Notes: generated by a model from the letters alone, not told the origin. DNA of 64,000 nucleotides from an uncultured Gemmatimonadales bacterium (GCA_963739455.1 CAVUAK010000001.1:1536001-1600000); one strand, 5' to 3'. Positions 40,068 through 50,059 are shown, counted from the first letter of the stretch. Translations and numbers: made by a program.

Positions 40068-41312
40068 CTATCGAACGCGGGCGAGCAACTTGTTGCGATA
40101 CCTGTTGAAAGCATCGTGCCATGTGAAATCGCTCGTGACCCGCTCCCTTGCCTTAAGGGCCAGGTCGTGCTGTAGCGGTGGATCTGTCAAGAGCTGCAGG
40201 ATGGCGGCGGCCATGGCATGGGGATCCTCCGATGGAATGAGCACCCCCGTAACGCCGGGCACGATAATCTCGGGGATGCCTCCCACACGTGTCGCGATGA
40301 CGGGCACTGAGAAGTAGCCGGCCTCCAGCAACACGATTCCGAAGGGCTCCTGGCGGGAGCTCAGGACCATCAAAACCGCGCCCCTGATGGTGGCGAGAGC
40401 ATCGGGATGTTCGGCGTCCAATATGAATTCAACGGCATCGGTGAGTCCGAGGTCGCCCGCGAGCCGCCGCAATGCCTCAAGCTCAGGTCCGGACCCGCCT
40501 AGCATCGCCAGCCTGAGCTCGGTCTGCGTCTTCCGAACCTCAGCAAACGCGTTCAGGAGGATGTCGAGTCCCTTCTTTCGCTCAAACTTGGCCACGCTGA
40601 CGAGATAGCGGCTCCCTGCCAGGCGCGACGAAAGGCGCCCGCGCTCCACCTCCGCGTCCAGGCGCACGGGATCGATGCCGTTGTGAACAACTTCTACATC
40701 GTATTCGCGCCCCGCCGCCTCGAGGAGACGGCGACGCAAGTTGTCTGAACAGCAGGTAATACCATCTGCCGAGTGCAGGAGGAGCCGCCACCAGTACCGA
40801 ATAATGGCAGATCCAGTCTCGAGTTCCGTGAGGTCTGCTCCATGAAACGAGAGGATGAAGGCTCCCGCCGGGCAGGCGAGGCGGTAGGCCCAAAGCAGCG
40901 TGAGCGCGGACAGGTCGGGGAAATGCACATTGACCGCGGCGGGTCGGCTCGCCTGCAAAAGGCGAAAGAGCTTCCACCCTGCTACCGGGAGTCGGATGGG
41001 AAGCGTCAACAGGTGCCGCAGTGTCCGAGCGCTGTGCCAGGGGCTCACCCATCGTAGGTGCACATGTTCAACGCCATCATACCGCGAATGGACCGGATGT
41101 CCTGCTTCCCACTCGTTGAACAAGACGACGACCGTGGTGTCAGAGGCCCGCAATGCCTGTACTATGAGGTTGCGAAGCACCTCACTGACCCCACCCGGAA
41201 CATTCAGGCTCCATGGCGCGACGAGAAAGATGGTGGGTGGCTGCTGTGCGGTGCCTGGGCGGTTGTCCTGCGCGGGGACCGTACTGGAGCGCTCGTTGCT
41301 GGGCTGGGTCAA
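40068..41312 (-). CDS. Glycosyltransferase family 4
   Basis: PGGVS, SFHGAD, HNGID, EPFGIVLLEA, TRVGGIPE. Confidence 0.88.
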   Translation of the reverse strand: MTQPSNERSSTVPAQDNRPGTAQQPPTIFLVAPWSLNVPGGVSEVLRNLIVQALRASDTTVVVLFNEWEAGHPVHSRYDGVEHVHLRWVSPWHSARTLRHLLTLPIRLPVAGWKLFRLLQASRPAAVNVHFPDLSALTLLWAYRLACPAGAFILSFHGADLTELETGSAIIRYWWRLLLHSADGITCCSDNLRRRLLEAAGREYDVEVVHNGIDPVRLDAEVERGRLSSRLAGSRYLVSVAKFERKKGLDILLNAFAEVRKTQTELRLAMLGGSGPELEALRRLAGDLGLTDAVEFILDAEHPDALATIRGAVLMVLSSRQEPFGIVLLEAGYFSVPVIATRVGGIPEIIVPGVTGVLIPSEDPHAMAAAILQLLTDPPLQHDLALKARERVTSDFTWHDAFNRYRNKLLARVR

Positions 41313-41593
41313 ACAAGAACTCCTCTCACAGGCACCTGGCAGTCACGAACCCCTCGGATCTCGGTATACTATCGGGGATCGTCAGACCAAGCCAAACACT
41401 AACAGGGCGATGAGCTTAGGTCATGATCCGTGCCGTTGCTCCCCGTCCGTGCGCGGACCCAGTGACCGTCGGAGTTCCGTCTTGGCTGCCGTTTGGATGC
41501 ATCAGTTTTCGTGCCATACGTGGCGCATCCGCGGCATCTACCCATGACCGGGTTTCATTACCGATTTTTGCTGTGCCAAGGTCAGGTACTGAG

Positions 41594-42604
41594 GTGGCGC
41601 TGATTACCGGGCGTGCGGCACGCCGGCACCGCATGGCGCTTCTCGCGCTCCTCCTTCTCGGTGCTTGCCGTGGTCGTGGGGAAACCACTGCCGCCCCCCC
41701 GAACAACGTGCTGTCCTTGGCGCCGTTCCGCGCGGTCATCTTTACGCGGGATTCGCTGCAGTACCACTCGGACGGCTTCAAGGAGGCTGGGGCCGACGGT
41801 GCTGAGCGCCCGCGGTACAGAGTGACCGGGGGCGGGGTTACGGGGACTGGCCTGTATTCGGCACCGGATTGGGAGGGACATTTTCTGGTTATCGCCACGC
41901 TGGCCGGGACCGGGCAAGCCGATACCAGCCACATCATGGTTGTTAAGCGAGGAAAGCACAGCTATCAGAGTGCCTTCCCATCTACGGAAGAGGTGCTCTC
42001 TGACGGTGGTCGCTGGGCAAACGGAGGCCTGATCGGCCTCGAGTGGTCGAACGTGGCGACTAGGCCCGGTCGAGTGTTTGGCCTTCAAACCGGTCGGAGC
42101 TACAGTGATGCGACGGCGTTGCTGACAGGGGAATGGTTGCCCAACCAGATGGTGGCCGCCACTGTCTACGTCGTGTCAGCTCAGTGGGAGGAATGCTACC
42201 CAGAAGTAGAACTCCGTCTGCGAAGTACACTGTTTCCGCGCTGGAATGCGGGTTACGAGGTCAGTTTCGAGGTATCGAGTGATCATGAGGCGTATCTGAT
42301 TGTCGTGCGCTGGAACGGGCCATTTGGCAACTTTACCTACTTGCTGAAGCGGAAGGGCCCCGAATTCGGGGTGCGAGACGGGGACGTGGTGAGCGCCAAG
42401 GCACAGGGTGACACAATCTTTGCTTACAAGAACGGTGTAGAATTGGCCCGGGTAACGGATGCTGCATACGCCGGCGGCAACCCAGGGATCGGATTCAATC
42501 TCGAGAACGCGCGACTGGCGTGTAGGGGCACGAACAGTCGGTACGGCTTTTCGAGCTTTCTGGCGACCGACGAAGAGCTTGAGCCACGCGGAGTCGCTCA
42601 CTGA
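41594..42604 (+). CDS. Surface lipoprotein 4: 1 Ig-like repeat plus beta-sandwich-like tip B
   Basis: Basic n-region, LLLLGA-C lipobox, one degenerate Ig repeat (VTGGGVTGTGLYSAP), C-terminal domain homologous to that of 47183-50059. Start uncertain. Confidence 0.72.
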   Translation: MALITGRAARRHRMALLALLLLGACRGRGETTAAPPNNVLSLAPFRAVIFTRDSLQYHSDGFKEAGADGAERPRYRVTGGGVTGTGLYSAPDWEGHFLVIATLAGTGQADTSHIMVVKRGKHSYQSAFPSTEEVLSDGGRWANGGLIGLEWSNVATRPGRVFGLQTGRSYSDATALLTGEWLPNQMVAATVYVVSAQWEECYPEVELRLRSTLFPRWNAGYEVSFEVSSDHEAYLIVVRWNGPFGNFTYLLKRKGPEFGVRDGDVVSAKAQGDTIFAYKNGVELARVTDAAYAGGNPGIGFNLENARLACRGTNSRYGFSSFLATDEELEPRGVAH

Positions 42605-42610
42605 CGCGCC

Positions 42611-42626
42611 GGGCATCAACCTTGCT
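42611..42626 (+). promoter_or_regulatory. Candidate sigma54 -24/-12 promoter
   Basis: GGGCAT-caacc-TTGCT, 48 bp upstream of wzm. Confidence 0.55.
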
Positions 42627-42673
42627 CGTAGCGTGAGTTTGTACCGTCGCCTTTCCTGGGAACCCATGGAGCC

Positions 42674-43468
42674 ATGCTAGGCATCGTCCCTCAACTTCGC
42701 GAAGTCTTCGATCGTCGCGACCTGCTGTACATCCTCACTTGGCGTGAGATTGCGCTGAAATACAAGCAATCAGTTATGGGCCTCCTCTGGGCAGTCCTGA
42801 TGCCGATCGTGGTCATTGGCGCCGGAGTGATTGTCCGGTACGCGATAGCGAGCACCTCCGGCACGCCATTGGCTAAGGCTGACATTGCTGCGGTTGCCGT
42901 AAAGGCTGCTCCATGGGCCTTTTTCGTGGCGGCGCTTCGGTTCGGGACGAACAGCCTCATCGCGAGTGCCAACCTGCTCACGAAGATCTACCTGCCGCGG
43001 CTCATCTTCCCCATGGCAGCCGTGCTGTCACAGCTCTTTGACTTCGTTGTGGCCTCAGGGGCCATACTCATTCTCCTCGCACTACTCGGCGTTGGGGTCA
43101 GTTTCCAACTGTTGTGGCTCCCCGTGCTGCTCGGGCTGCTTTTCCTCCTCGCAGTGAGCTGCGCGATCCTCTTGTCTGCCGGTAGCCTCTTCTTCCGCGA
43201 CGTGAAGTACATCGTGGAAATCATCCTCACCTTTGCCATTTTCTTCACGCCGGTGCTTTACGAGGCTTCCATGATGGGCAAGTGGCAGCCCTTGATCCTG
43301 CTCAACCCAGTGGCGCCCATTCTGGAGGGCCTTACCACGACCGTCATCAAGCATGGCGCGCCATCGCTGCCATGGCTCCTGTACAGCGGCGTCTGGGCGT
43401 GCGGCCTGCTGCTGATCGCATTGACCATGTTTCGCCGGCTTGAGCCCTACTTCGCCGAGAGCGTCTGA
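42674..43468 (+). CDS. wzm: Polysaccharide ABC transporter permease
   Basis: REIALKYKQSVMGLLW, KIYLPR, FRDVKY, TPVLY, LNP. Confidence 0.9.
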   Translation: MLGIVPQLREVFDRRDLLYILTWREIALKYKQSVMGLLWAVLMPIVVIGAGVIVRYAIASTSGTPLAKADIAAVAVKAAPWAFFVAALRFGTNSLIASANLLTKIYLPRLIFPMAAVLSQLFDFVVASGAILILLALLGVGVSFQLLWLPVLLGLLFLLAVSCAILLSAGSLFFRDVKYIVEIILTFAIFFTPVLYEASMMGKWQPLILLNPVAPILEGLTTTVIKHGAPSLPWLLYSGVWACGLLLIALTMFRRLEPYFAESV

Positions 43469-43470
43469 TC

Positions 43471-44706
43471 GTGACCAACACGGTGCTGGAGGTGAATGCG
43501 GTCTCTAAGCGTTTTCGGCGTGGCCAGCTGCATGACTCGCTGCGTGACCTGCTTCCGTCGCTGGGACGCAGGCTGATACGCGCTGGAGCGGCGCCAGAGC
43601 ACAGCGTGCTCGACTTCTGGGCACTACAGGATGTGTCATTCACTGTTGAAGAGGGAGAGGCTTTTGCGATCGTCGGCGGTAATGGGGCGGGCAAGAGCAC
43701 CATGCTCAAGCTATTGTCGCGTATCATGCGGCCGACCAGCGGGGCTGTGAGCGTTGAGGGACGCCTTTCGGCGCTGATTGAGGTGAGCGCCGGCTTTCAT
43801 CCTGACCTGACCGGAAGAGAGAACATCTACCTCAACGGCGCGATCCTCGGGATGAGCCGTTCCGAGATTGCGCGTCGGTTCGACGAGATTGTCGCGTTCT
43901 CAGGCCTGGAGCAGTTCCTGGACACCCAGGTCAAGCGCTATTCCTCCGGCATGTACGCCCGGCTCGGGTTCTCGGTCGCCGCACATGTTGATGCCGATGT
44001 CCTGCTGATCGACGAGGTGCTTAGCGTGGGCGATTACTTGTTCCAGAGGAAGTGCGTTGAGCGGATGAACGAAGTCATTCGCGGTGGCACGACGGTCGTA
44101 TTCGTGTCTCACAATCTCAAGGCGGTGACCGAGCTCTGCCACCGGAGCCTCTTGCTTGAACGGGGCCGGGTTGGAATGATCGGCCCGACCACGGACGTTG
44201 TTCGCACTTACCTCTCCCGCGGCGGTGTACGGCATGACGTCAAGCCGGGCCAGCCAGTCAGCATTGTCAGTGTGACCGTGGAGGGACCGGACGGGACTGC
44301 GATCGGGTTGCCCTCCGGGGGGCGTGCTCGGGTGACGGTCGACGCTCACGCTCTGACGGACATCGACGACGTAACGCTGTTGATCCAGGTCGCTGACGAG
44401 CAGCAGTATGCGCTGTTCGACACGTGCAGTCAGCGGCTCGGGGCGGGACCCCTATCAATACGGCGTGGTGAAACCGCGAAGTGTGTCTTCGATCTCGATC
44501 TCGAGCTGGCCGAGGGCACCTACTACATCAACGCATATATCCACCAGTATGTCACAGGCACCACGTATGACCGGTGGGACACGGCAGCGACGTTCTTTGT
44601 GCGCGGAACACCGTCCATGCGGGGCGTCGTCAATCTGCACCCAAGGCTCACGAGCTGTGCGGTGTGCGCCGCGAGTGCAATTCAGGCCCCGGTGTCGGCT
44701 GGGTGA
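43471..44706 (+). CDS. wzt: Polysaccharide ABC transporter ATP-binding protein with C-terminal Wzt domain
   Basis: GGNGAGKST, YSSGMYARL, IDEVLSVGD, VSH, plus a C-terminal extension. Confidence 0.92.
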   Translation: MTNTVLEVNAVSKRFRRGQLHDSLRDLLPSLGRRLIRAGAAPEHSVLDFWALQDVSFTVEEGEAFAIVGGNGAGKSTMLKLLSRIMRPTSGAVSVEGRLSALIEVSAGFHPDLTGRENIYLNGAILGMSRSEIARRFDEIVAFSGLEQFLDTQVKRYSSGMYARLGFSVAAHVDADVLLIDEVLSVGDYLFQRKCVERMNEVIRGGTTVVFVSHNLKAVTELCHRSLLLERGRVGMIGPTTDVVRTYLSRGGVRHDVKPGQPVSIVSVTVEGPDGTAIGLPSGGRARVTVDAHALTDIDDVTLLIQVADEQQYALFDTCSQRLGAGPLSIRRGETAKCVFDLDLELAEGTYYINAYIHQYVTGTTYDRWDTAATFFVRGTPSMRGVVNLHPRLTSCAVCAASAIQAPVSAG

Positions 44707-45959
44707 AACCGTTCCAGCCAGATCTCCCTCCAGAAGATCCACTCGTTCTCGGGGTTGAAGTCCCGGAACTCTCCTGTCGCGGTCACACCTTCGAGGATGA
44801 TGGATGGCCTGCTTAGGTGCACGAGCTGTCCCGTCGCCTCGACCATCGTCAGCTCCACACGGTCGCGGACACGATAGATCCCGCCGCAATACCGAAGCAT
44901 GTCAGGGTCAAATCGCAGCCCTCGATTTCGCGACGCGTCGTTCAAGGTGGCTTCAATTTCTGCCTTGGTACGCACGCGAACGAACTCCCCCGGGCGGAGA
45001 TTGAGGGAGAGCTCCGGCGTTGAGTGCCCGGCCGCCGGGGTGTAGAACGGGGACTCCACGCCACTGCGGAGGTTCTGAATTCGATTGAACGCGGCGAGTG
45101 ACAATCCCGCGAGGAACGCTCGCGGCGGAACATTGCCGTTGAGCAGGTCCCGGAAGTAGCGCCCATAGATGCCGCTGCTCATCGGAGTGGTGCCGGCGGT
45201 AAGTTCGGTGGCCTGGCATCGCATCCTATTGCCACGGCGAGTGTGCATCACAAGCCGATTGCGATCGTACTGCTCCGTGGCGTAATGAACCGCTGCAGCC
45301 GCACTAGTGCGCTTCGCAGCGGCAATGTTCGGCCTCGTGGTTCGCACAAGCCAGGATTCGTTCCATCGAATGTGACAGTTTGCCTGGCAGCCTTGATGAG
45401 CGGATCCATCACATCGGATGTCCACTAGCTGCACCGTTGAGCGCACGCGGCGCAAGCCAGTCTTGCCGATCCAGTCATGCAGTTTGTCGATGCGACGTGC
45501 GACCTGGGCTGTGCGCCCGCACCAGCCAGCCATTTCAGGCATGAACGGCAGTCCGCCGAGCGCACCGTCCTGGTCGAGCGTGGAGGCAATCTCGGCGAGG
45601 GTCCTGACCTGCACCCAGTCACCGGCGCGAAGGCCGCGCGATGACGCGGCTGAACGAAGGACCGAGAAGATCGGCGCCGGAAGCCACTCGCGGGGCCGGT
45701 CGGTGTGATAGGGAAGGCCTCGTGCTTCCATCGCATCTCGACGCAGGGCAATCACGCCACCCAGCACCACAAGCGCGGCGCTGCTCGCCAGCCAGAGCAG
45801 TGCCAGGAAGAGCAACACGAATAGGAGCGGCCCGGCGTGGGAAGCGCCATGCACCTCGGGCGGCGCCAGTGCAACGGCCACGCATGCGGCGCTCGCCAGG
45901 CCGCAAATGGCACCTGCAGCGACGACGGTCTTCAGGTAGCTAGTGCGCAATCCGGACAC
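44682..45959 (-). CDS. Conserved hypothetical membrane-anchored protein with an internal duplication
   Basis: Two N-terminal TM helices. Two homologous units (LRAGDWVQVRTLAEIASTLD..LPFMPEM and LRPGEFVRVRTKAEIEATLN..LRFDPDM). Confidence 0.7.
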   Translation of the reverse strand: MSGLRTSYLKTVVAAGAICGLASAACVAVALAPPEVHGASHAGPLLFVLLFLALLWLASSAALVVLGGVIALRRDAMEARGLPYHTDRPREWLPAPIFSVLRSAASSRGLRAGDWVQVRTLAEIASTLDQDGALGGLPFMPEMAGWCGRTAQVARRIDKLHDWIGKTGLRRVRSTVQLVDIRCDGSAHQGCQANCHIRWNESWLVRTTRPNIAAAKRTSAAAAVHYATEQYDRNRLVMHTRRGNRMRCQATELTAGTTPMSSGIYGRYFRDLLNGNVPPRAFLAGLSLAAFNRIQNLRSGVESPFYTPAAGHSTPELSLNLRPGEFVRVRTKAEIEATLNDASRNRGLRFDPDMLRYCGGIYRVRDRVELTMVEATGQLVHLSRPSIILEGVTATGEFRDFNPENEWIFWREIWLERFHPADTGA

Positions 45960-45998
45960 TCGACCAATTCATCCTGCGATAGGTGAGATTGCGCAAAA

Positions 45999-46014
45999 TG
46001 GCATGAAAGTCGCA
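45999..46014 (+). promoter_or_regulatory. Candidate sigma54 -24/-12 promoter
   Basis: TGGCAT-gaaag-TCGCA upstream of the GT2 gene. Confidence 0.45.
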
Positions 46015-46132
46015 CAGCAAGGTGGCCCTAAGATAGCTTCCTAAACCTTGATAGGGCTTCAGGTTGGGTCTGCGCTGTGACGGTGTGGCAACAGACCAGC
46101 GGACGCGACCTCCCGTTGGCGAGTGACAACAA

Positions 46133-47131
46133 ATGAGACCATCCATGACCGAATCTAGAATGCCGTTGGTAAGCGTCGTCATTCCGGTCTACAATGGGGC
46201 CGAATTTCTCGCCAACGCGATCGACAGTGTTCTGAAGCAAACCTACTCCAATTTCGATCTCACGATCGGCAACAACTGGAGCACAGACCGGACCTTGGAG
46301 ATCGCGCAGGAGTATGCCGCCCGCGATTCACGAATTCGCGTTGTCACGTATCCAAAATTCGTGTCTGTGGTCGATAGCCACAACACGGCATTTACCCTGA
46401 TCTCACCGGAAGCAGAGTATTGCAAGATCGTTGGGGCAGACGACTGGATATTCCCTGATTGCCTGCGGTGCATGGTAGAAGTCGCTGAGGCGTATCCCAG
46501 TGTCGGAATGGTCTCATCGTATGTCTTGCACGGGACAAATGTAGGCCGCGTTGGTATGCCATACCCGAGACAGTTTGTGCGGGGTCGGGAGATATGCCGC
46601 ATGCGCTTCCTGGAGGAGGTAAAGCCGTTCGGAGGGCCCTCGGCGTCACTCATTCGGGCAACCATTCTCAAGACGCAGCGGCCGTTCTACAACCCACTGA
46701 ACTACCATGGTGACATCGAGGCGTACCTGGAATTGCTGAAGGATCACGATTTTGGCTTTGTTTTTCAGGTCCTTTCTTACAACAGGAAAGGCGAGAAGTC
46801 ACGTACCACCGCCTACCTCGATCGAGTCGAATCATCGTACGCTGCCGAAGTAGATGAACTGACGAAATACGGCCCAGTCTACCTCACGCCCGAGGAACGG
46901 GAGCCGCGCCTGCAGGCGGCTTGGCGGCGGTACTATCGATTTCTGGGCGAAAATGCCCTCAAGTTCCGGAACAAGGAGTTCTGGGACTATCACTTCAAGC
47001 ACATCAAGGCGATGGGCTACTCCCTCAGTCGCGGCAGGATTGCGGCCAGTGCCCTCCAACGGGTTCTGGAGCTCGCCTTGAATCCTCTCAATACGGCCCG
47101 CGCGATCCTGCGAAGGCTGGCAGCAACCTGA
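46133..47131 (+). CDS. Glycosyltransferase family 2
   Basis: VSVVIPVYNG, NWSTD, GADD. Confidence 0.9.
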   Translation: MRPSMTESRMPLVSVVIPVYNGAEFLANAIDSVLKQTYSNFDLTIGNNWSTDRTLEIAQEYAARDSRIRVVTYPKFVSVVDSHNTAFTLISPEAEYCKIVGADDWIFPDCLRCMVEVAEAYPSVGMVSSYVLHGTNVGRVGMPYPRQFVRGREICRMRFLEEVKPFGGPSASLIRATILKTQRPFYNPLNYHGDIEAYLELLKDHDFGFVFQVLSYNRKGEKSRTTAYLDRVESSYAAEVDELTKYGPVYLTPEEREPRLQAAWRRYYRFLGENALKFRNKEFWDYHFKHIKAMGYSLSRGRIAASALQRVLELALNPLNTARAILRRLAAT

Positions 47132-47182
47132 GCCGTCTTTCGTCAGCGTTCAGGTGCCAGCCCTTGCTGCCTTGCGAGCCAC

Positions 47183-50059
47183 TCAGGGGGTATCTGTGGC
47201 CACAAAGCTTGTAAATCCATAATCCCCATTGGTGCCGGAGCAACCGGCCGGCGCGTTCTCCAGGTTGAACCCCATGCCAGGGCTTCCGCCTGTGTATGTA
47301 TTGTCGACCGCCGTTGCCATCTGGACGCCGTTCTTGTAAGCCGTTATCTGGTTGCCCACGACCTTTGCGCTGATCACATCGCCCTCCTTCACGCCATACT
47401 GGGCGCCATTCTGGTTGAACAGGTAGGTGTAGTTGCCCAGCGGCCCGTTCCATCGAACGATGATTAAGTAGGCGTCGGAGGACGACGACACCTTGAAGCT
47501 GATCTCGTACCCGTTGTTCAAGTGTGCCGCCACGGTGCTCCGCAGGCGCAATTCAACTTCCTGGTAGCAGGCGTCCTTAGGGTTCACCGCGTGAACGGTT
47601 GCCGTGACCGACTGGTTGGTGCCCCATTGGCCATTGAGCAGCGCTGTTGCGTCCGTGTAGCTGGCGCTAGCTTGGCGGCCGATCGCGAGTCCCGGCGTGG
47701 TGGAGACATTGCTCCAGTCGAGGCCAACGCTCCCGCCGTTGATCCAGCGCCCGCCCTCAGAAATCGGGTTCTCGTTGAGCGCGAAGCTCGTGCTGTAGTC
47801 ATGTCCCACCGGGCTGGCGGCCGCGACTGTCACCAACGAGGTGTCCGCCTTCGCGCCACCTTGCTGCAGGGCGATCACCTGGTAGGCCGTGCCAGCCGTC
47901 GCGCCAGCCGTATAGAGGCCTCCACCCGAGATCGTGCCGCCCGTCGCACTCCAGGTGACCGTGACTGCCTGGCTGCTGTTATCAGTCATCCTGCCGATGG
48001 CGGTGAATTGCTGCGTCGCGCCCGCGACCACCGTGGCGGTCGCTGGGGTCACCACGACGGCGGACAGCGTCGGCGCAGGCGCCGAAATCGTGATGGACGC
48101 TGTATCCGCCTTGGAGCCGCCTTGTTGCAGCGCGATCACCTGATAGGAGGTGCCAGCCGTTGCTCCAGCCGTGTAGAGCCCTCCACTCGAGATCGTGCCA
48201 CCCGTCGCACTCCAAATGACCGTGACCGGCTGGGTGCTATTGTCACTCATCTTGCCGACCGCAGCGAACTGCTGTGTCGCGCCCGCGGCCACTGTGGCGG
48301 TCGCAGGGGTTACCACGACCGCGGATAGTGTCGGAGCAGGCGCCGAAATCGTGATGGACGCTGTATCGGCCTTGGTGCCACCCGCCTGGGTCGCAATGAC
48401 CCGGAAGGATCCGCCAGTGCCGCCAGCGGTGTAGAGGCCGTTGCTGCTGATCGTGCCGCCCGTTGCGACCCAGCCAGCGCCGACGGCGGCGCTGCTCCCA
48501 TCACTCATGCGGCCGACCACGGAAAATTGCTGAGTCGAACCCGTAAGCAGGCTAGCCGAACCGGGGGCGATCTCGACCGCGGTGAGGGTGGGTGCAGTTG
48601 CAGCGATCGTCACCGCTGCCGTGTCAGCCAGCGTGCCTCCCTGCTGGACTGCGATCACTCGGAATGACCCTGCGCTAGCGCCCGCGGTGTAGAGTCCTGC
48701 AGCGCCTATCGAGCCACCTGTCGCGGTGTAGTTGACTGGCACGCTCACCGAGCTGCCATCCGTCATCTGGCCGGTAACGGTGAACTGCTGTGTGTTACTT
48801 GCCGAAAGTGTCACCGACGCTGGAGTCAGGATCACCTTCTGCACGGTTGGTGGAGGCGGCGCGATGGTGATGGTCGAGGTATCCGCCAGTGCACTGCTCT
48901 GGTGAGTGGCGATCACACGGTATGTGCCCGCGGCGCTGCCGGCGGTATAAGCCCCGTTGCTGCTCACCGTCCCGCCCGATGCGGACCAGGTCACGGCGAC
49001 GGTCGACACACTCCCATCACTCATCCGCCCCGTAGCCGAGAACTGCTGCGTGCCTCCCGCTGCGAGGCTGGAACTGCCGGGTGCAACGACGATGGCTTGC
49101 AGCGTGACGGACGGCGGTGTGCTCGCAACGGTAACCGCTGCGGTGTCAGCCTTGGTTCCACCCTGCTGCGTTGCGATAACTCGGAATGCGCCGGCCATGG
49201 CGCCGGCGGTGAAGAGACCAGCCGGACTGATGCCTCCTCCGGTGGCAGACCAGGTGACGGAGACACCCGCAGTGCTTCCATCACTCATGTGACCCACCGC
49301 AGCAAACTGCTGCACTGTACTTGGGGCGAGCGAGACCGTACCGGGTGAAATTTCGACTGTCTCTAGCGTCGGCGTGGCCGCGGTAATTGTGACGGATGCG
49401 GTGTCGGCCAGGGTCGCGCCGCTCAGCGTCGCAATCACACGATACGTTCCGGTCGCTGTCCCCGCGGTGTAGCTGCCTCCACTGCTCACGGTGCCACCCG
49501 TCGCACTCCATGTGGCAGTGATCGCCACAGTGGTGCTGTCGGCCTTCACGCCCACCGCAGTGAACGTGAAAGCGGCGCCCGGCTTGAGCGACACCGTGTT
49601 CGGTGACAGTCGAAGTCCTACGGCGGCCCCACTGCTTCTCGGAACATGCACTCGACCCCGCCCAGCGCGACTGGCGCGGCTCGCTTGCACGACGAAGTCA
49701 CCAGGCTCAGCGGCAGTGAACACGCCATTGCCGTCGATGGTACCGCCGATGCCAGCAACGAGCGTCCACTCGACAGGGCCATCGACTGGCTTGCCAAGAA
49801 CGGTCGTATCGGGCACTCGGAACGCAACTGAATCGCCTACGGCAGCGGCAAGCTCCGTTGGCGAAAGCAACAGGGAATCCTGGACTGCGGGAGGGCTTGT
49901 GGGGTCGAGAGGCTCGAGACTCGCTGGCTGTCGCATGTCGCACGCCGATAGCAGCAGCGGGAACAGGAAACCGGTTGCGAGCGCAGCGTGCGTGACCTTC
50001 AATGCCTTCAAGGGAACCCCACAATGTTTGTTTGAACGAGACCACCATGCTTGCGCCAC
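47183..50059 (-). CDS. Surface lipoprotein 5: 8 Ig-like repeats plus tip B
   Basis: LLLSA-C lipobox; eight repeats counted; C-terminal domain of about 205 aa shared with lipoprotein 4. Start uncertain. Confidence 0.82.
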   Translation of the reverse strand: MAQAWWSRSNKHCGVPLKALKVTHAALATGFLFPLLLSACDMRQPASLEPLDPTSPPAVQDSLLLSPTELAAAVGDSVAFRVPDTTVLGKPVDGPVEWTLVAGIGGTIDGNGVFTAAEPGDFVVQASRASRAGRGRVHVPRSSGAAVGLRLSPNTVSLKPGAAFTFTAVGVKADSTTVAITATWSATGGTVSSGGSYTAGTATGTYRVIATLSGATLADTASVTITAATPTLETVEISPGTVSLAPSTVQQFAAVGHMSDGSTAGVSVTWSATGGGISPAGLFTAGAMAGAFRVIATQQGGTKADTAAVTVASTPPSVTLQAIVVAPGSSSLAAGGTQQFSATGRMSDGSVSTVAVTWSASGGTVSSNGAYTAGSAAGTYRVIATHQSSALADTSTITIAPPPPTVQKVILTPASVTLSASNTQQFTVTGQMTDGSSVSVPVNYTATGGSIGAAGLYTAGASAGSFRVIAVQQGGTLADTAAVTIAATAPTLTAVEIAPGSASLLTGSTQQFSVVGRMSDGSSAAVGAGWVATGGTISSNGLYTAGGTGGSFRVIATQAGGTKADTASITISAPAPTLSAVVVTPATATVAAGATQQFAAVGKMSDNSTQPVTVIWSATGGTISSGGLYTAGATAGTSYQVIALQQGGSKADTASITISAPAPTLSAVVVTPATATVVAGATQQFTAIGRMTDNSSQAVTVTWSATGGTISGGGLYTAGATAGTAYQVIALQQGGAKADTSLVTVAAASPVGHDYSTSFALNENPISEGGRWINGGSVGLDWSNVSTTPGLAIGRQASASYTDATALLNGQWGTNQSVTATVHAVNPKDACYQEVELRLRSTVAAHLNNGYEISFKVSSSSDAYLIIVRWNGPLGNYTYLFNQNGAQYGVKEGDVISAKVVGNQITAYKNGVQMATAVDNTYTGGSPGMGFNLENAPAGCSGTNGDYGFTSFVATDTP

